DNA of 64,000 nucleotides, from assembly GCA_038087875.1 (NCBI GenBank), contig CM075995.1:5458001-5522000 (forward strand), in the 5' to 3' direction. Positions within the stretch are counted from its first letter, which is position 1, and every line of letters starts with the position of its first letter. The notes beneath the pieces are model-generated. The model made no database searches and was not told the DNA's origin. It saw only the letters and a program-made list of their open reading frames with translations. The DNA comes from Malacoraja senta. Its lineage: Eukaryota. Shown piece by piece: positions 63,794 through 64,000 of the stretch. Made by a program: the position numbers and the translations under genes.

Positions 63794-63868
63794 AAAGACC
63801 TTTTGATGTGATTAGCTGCTTTAAAATATTAAAGACCTTTTGATGTGATTAGTTGCTTTAAAATATTA
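63794..63868. repeat. 37-bp tandem duplication
   Basis: AAAGACCTTTTGATGTGATTAGYTGCTTTAAAATATT x2. Confidence 0.9.
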
Positions 63869-64000
63869 TGACTTTTACCGTTTGATAATCGCGACCACCA
63901 TCTTCACTAAGTGATTTTGTATGTGTTTCATTATGTTTTAAGGGCTAACTTCTTATTTTAAAAGGGCTGTGTATGTGTAAGCTGTTATTTGTATTAATCA

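Overview
Eukaryotic, AT-rich, repeat-dense genomic DNA, probably from a cartilaginous fish (skate/ray-like; inferred from V-SINE, CR1 and Penelope content). The window lies inside one + strand gene recognisable as SWT1 (PIN-domain RNA endonuclease). Nine coding exons (3261-51274) splice in frame with matching phases; the start-codon exon and the C-terminal exons were not found and probably lie outside. The introns hold nested mobile DNA: a DIRS 3' end, L1, CR1 and Rex1/Babar LINEs, Penelope-like fragments and short palindromic derivatives with hammerhead-like cores, V-SINEs, a CORE-type tRNA SINE, a non-autonomous Helitron with a 65-bp array, PIF/Harbinger elements, pogo-like MITEs, a solo LTR and a nearly intact Passport-like Tc1. 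The least explained signal is a five-copy GC-rich non-autonomous retroelement with two covarying stem-loops and three different LINE-type tails. No prokaryotic system or CRISPR array is present. Family names come from recalled motifs, not database searches; edges of degraded repeats are approximate.
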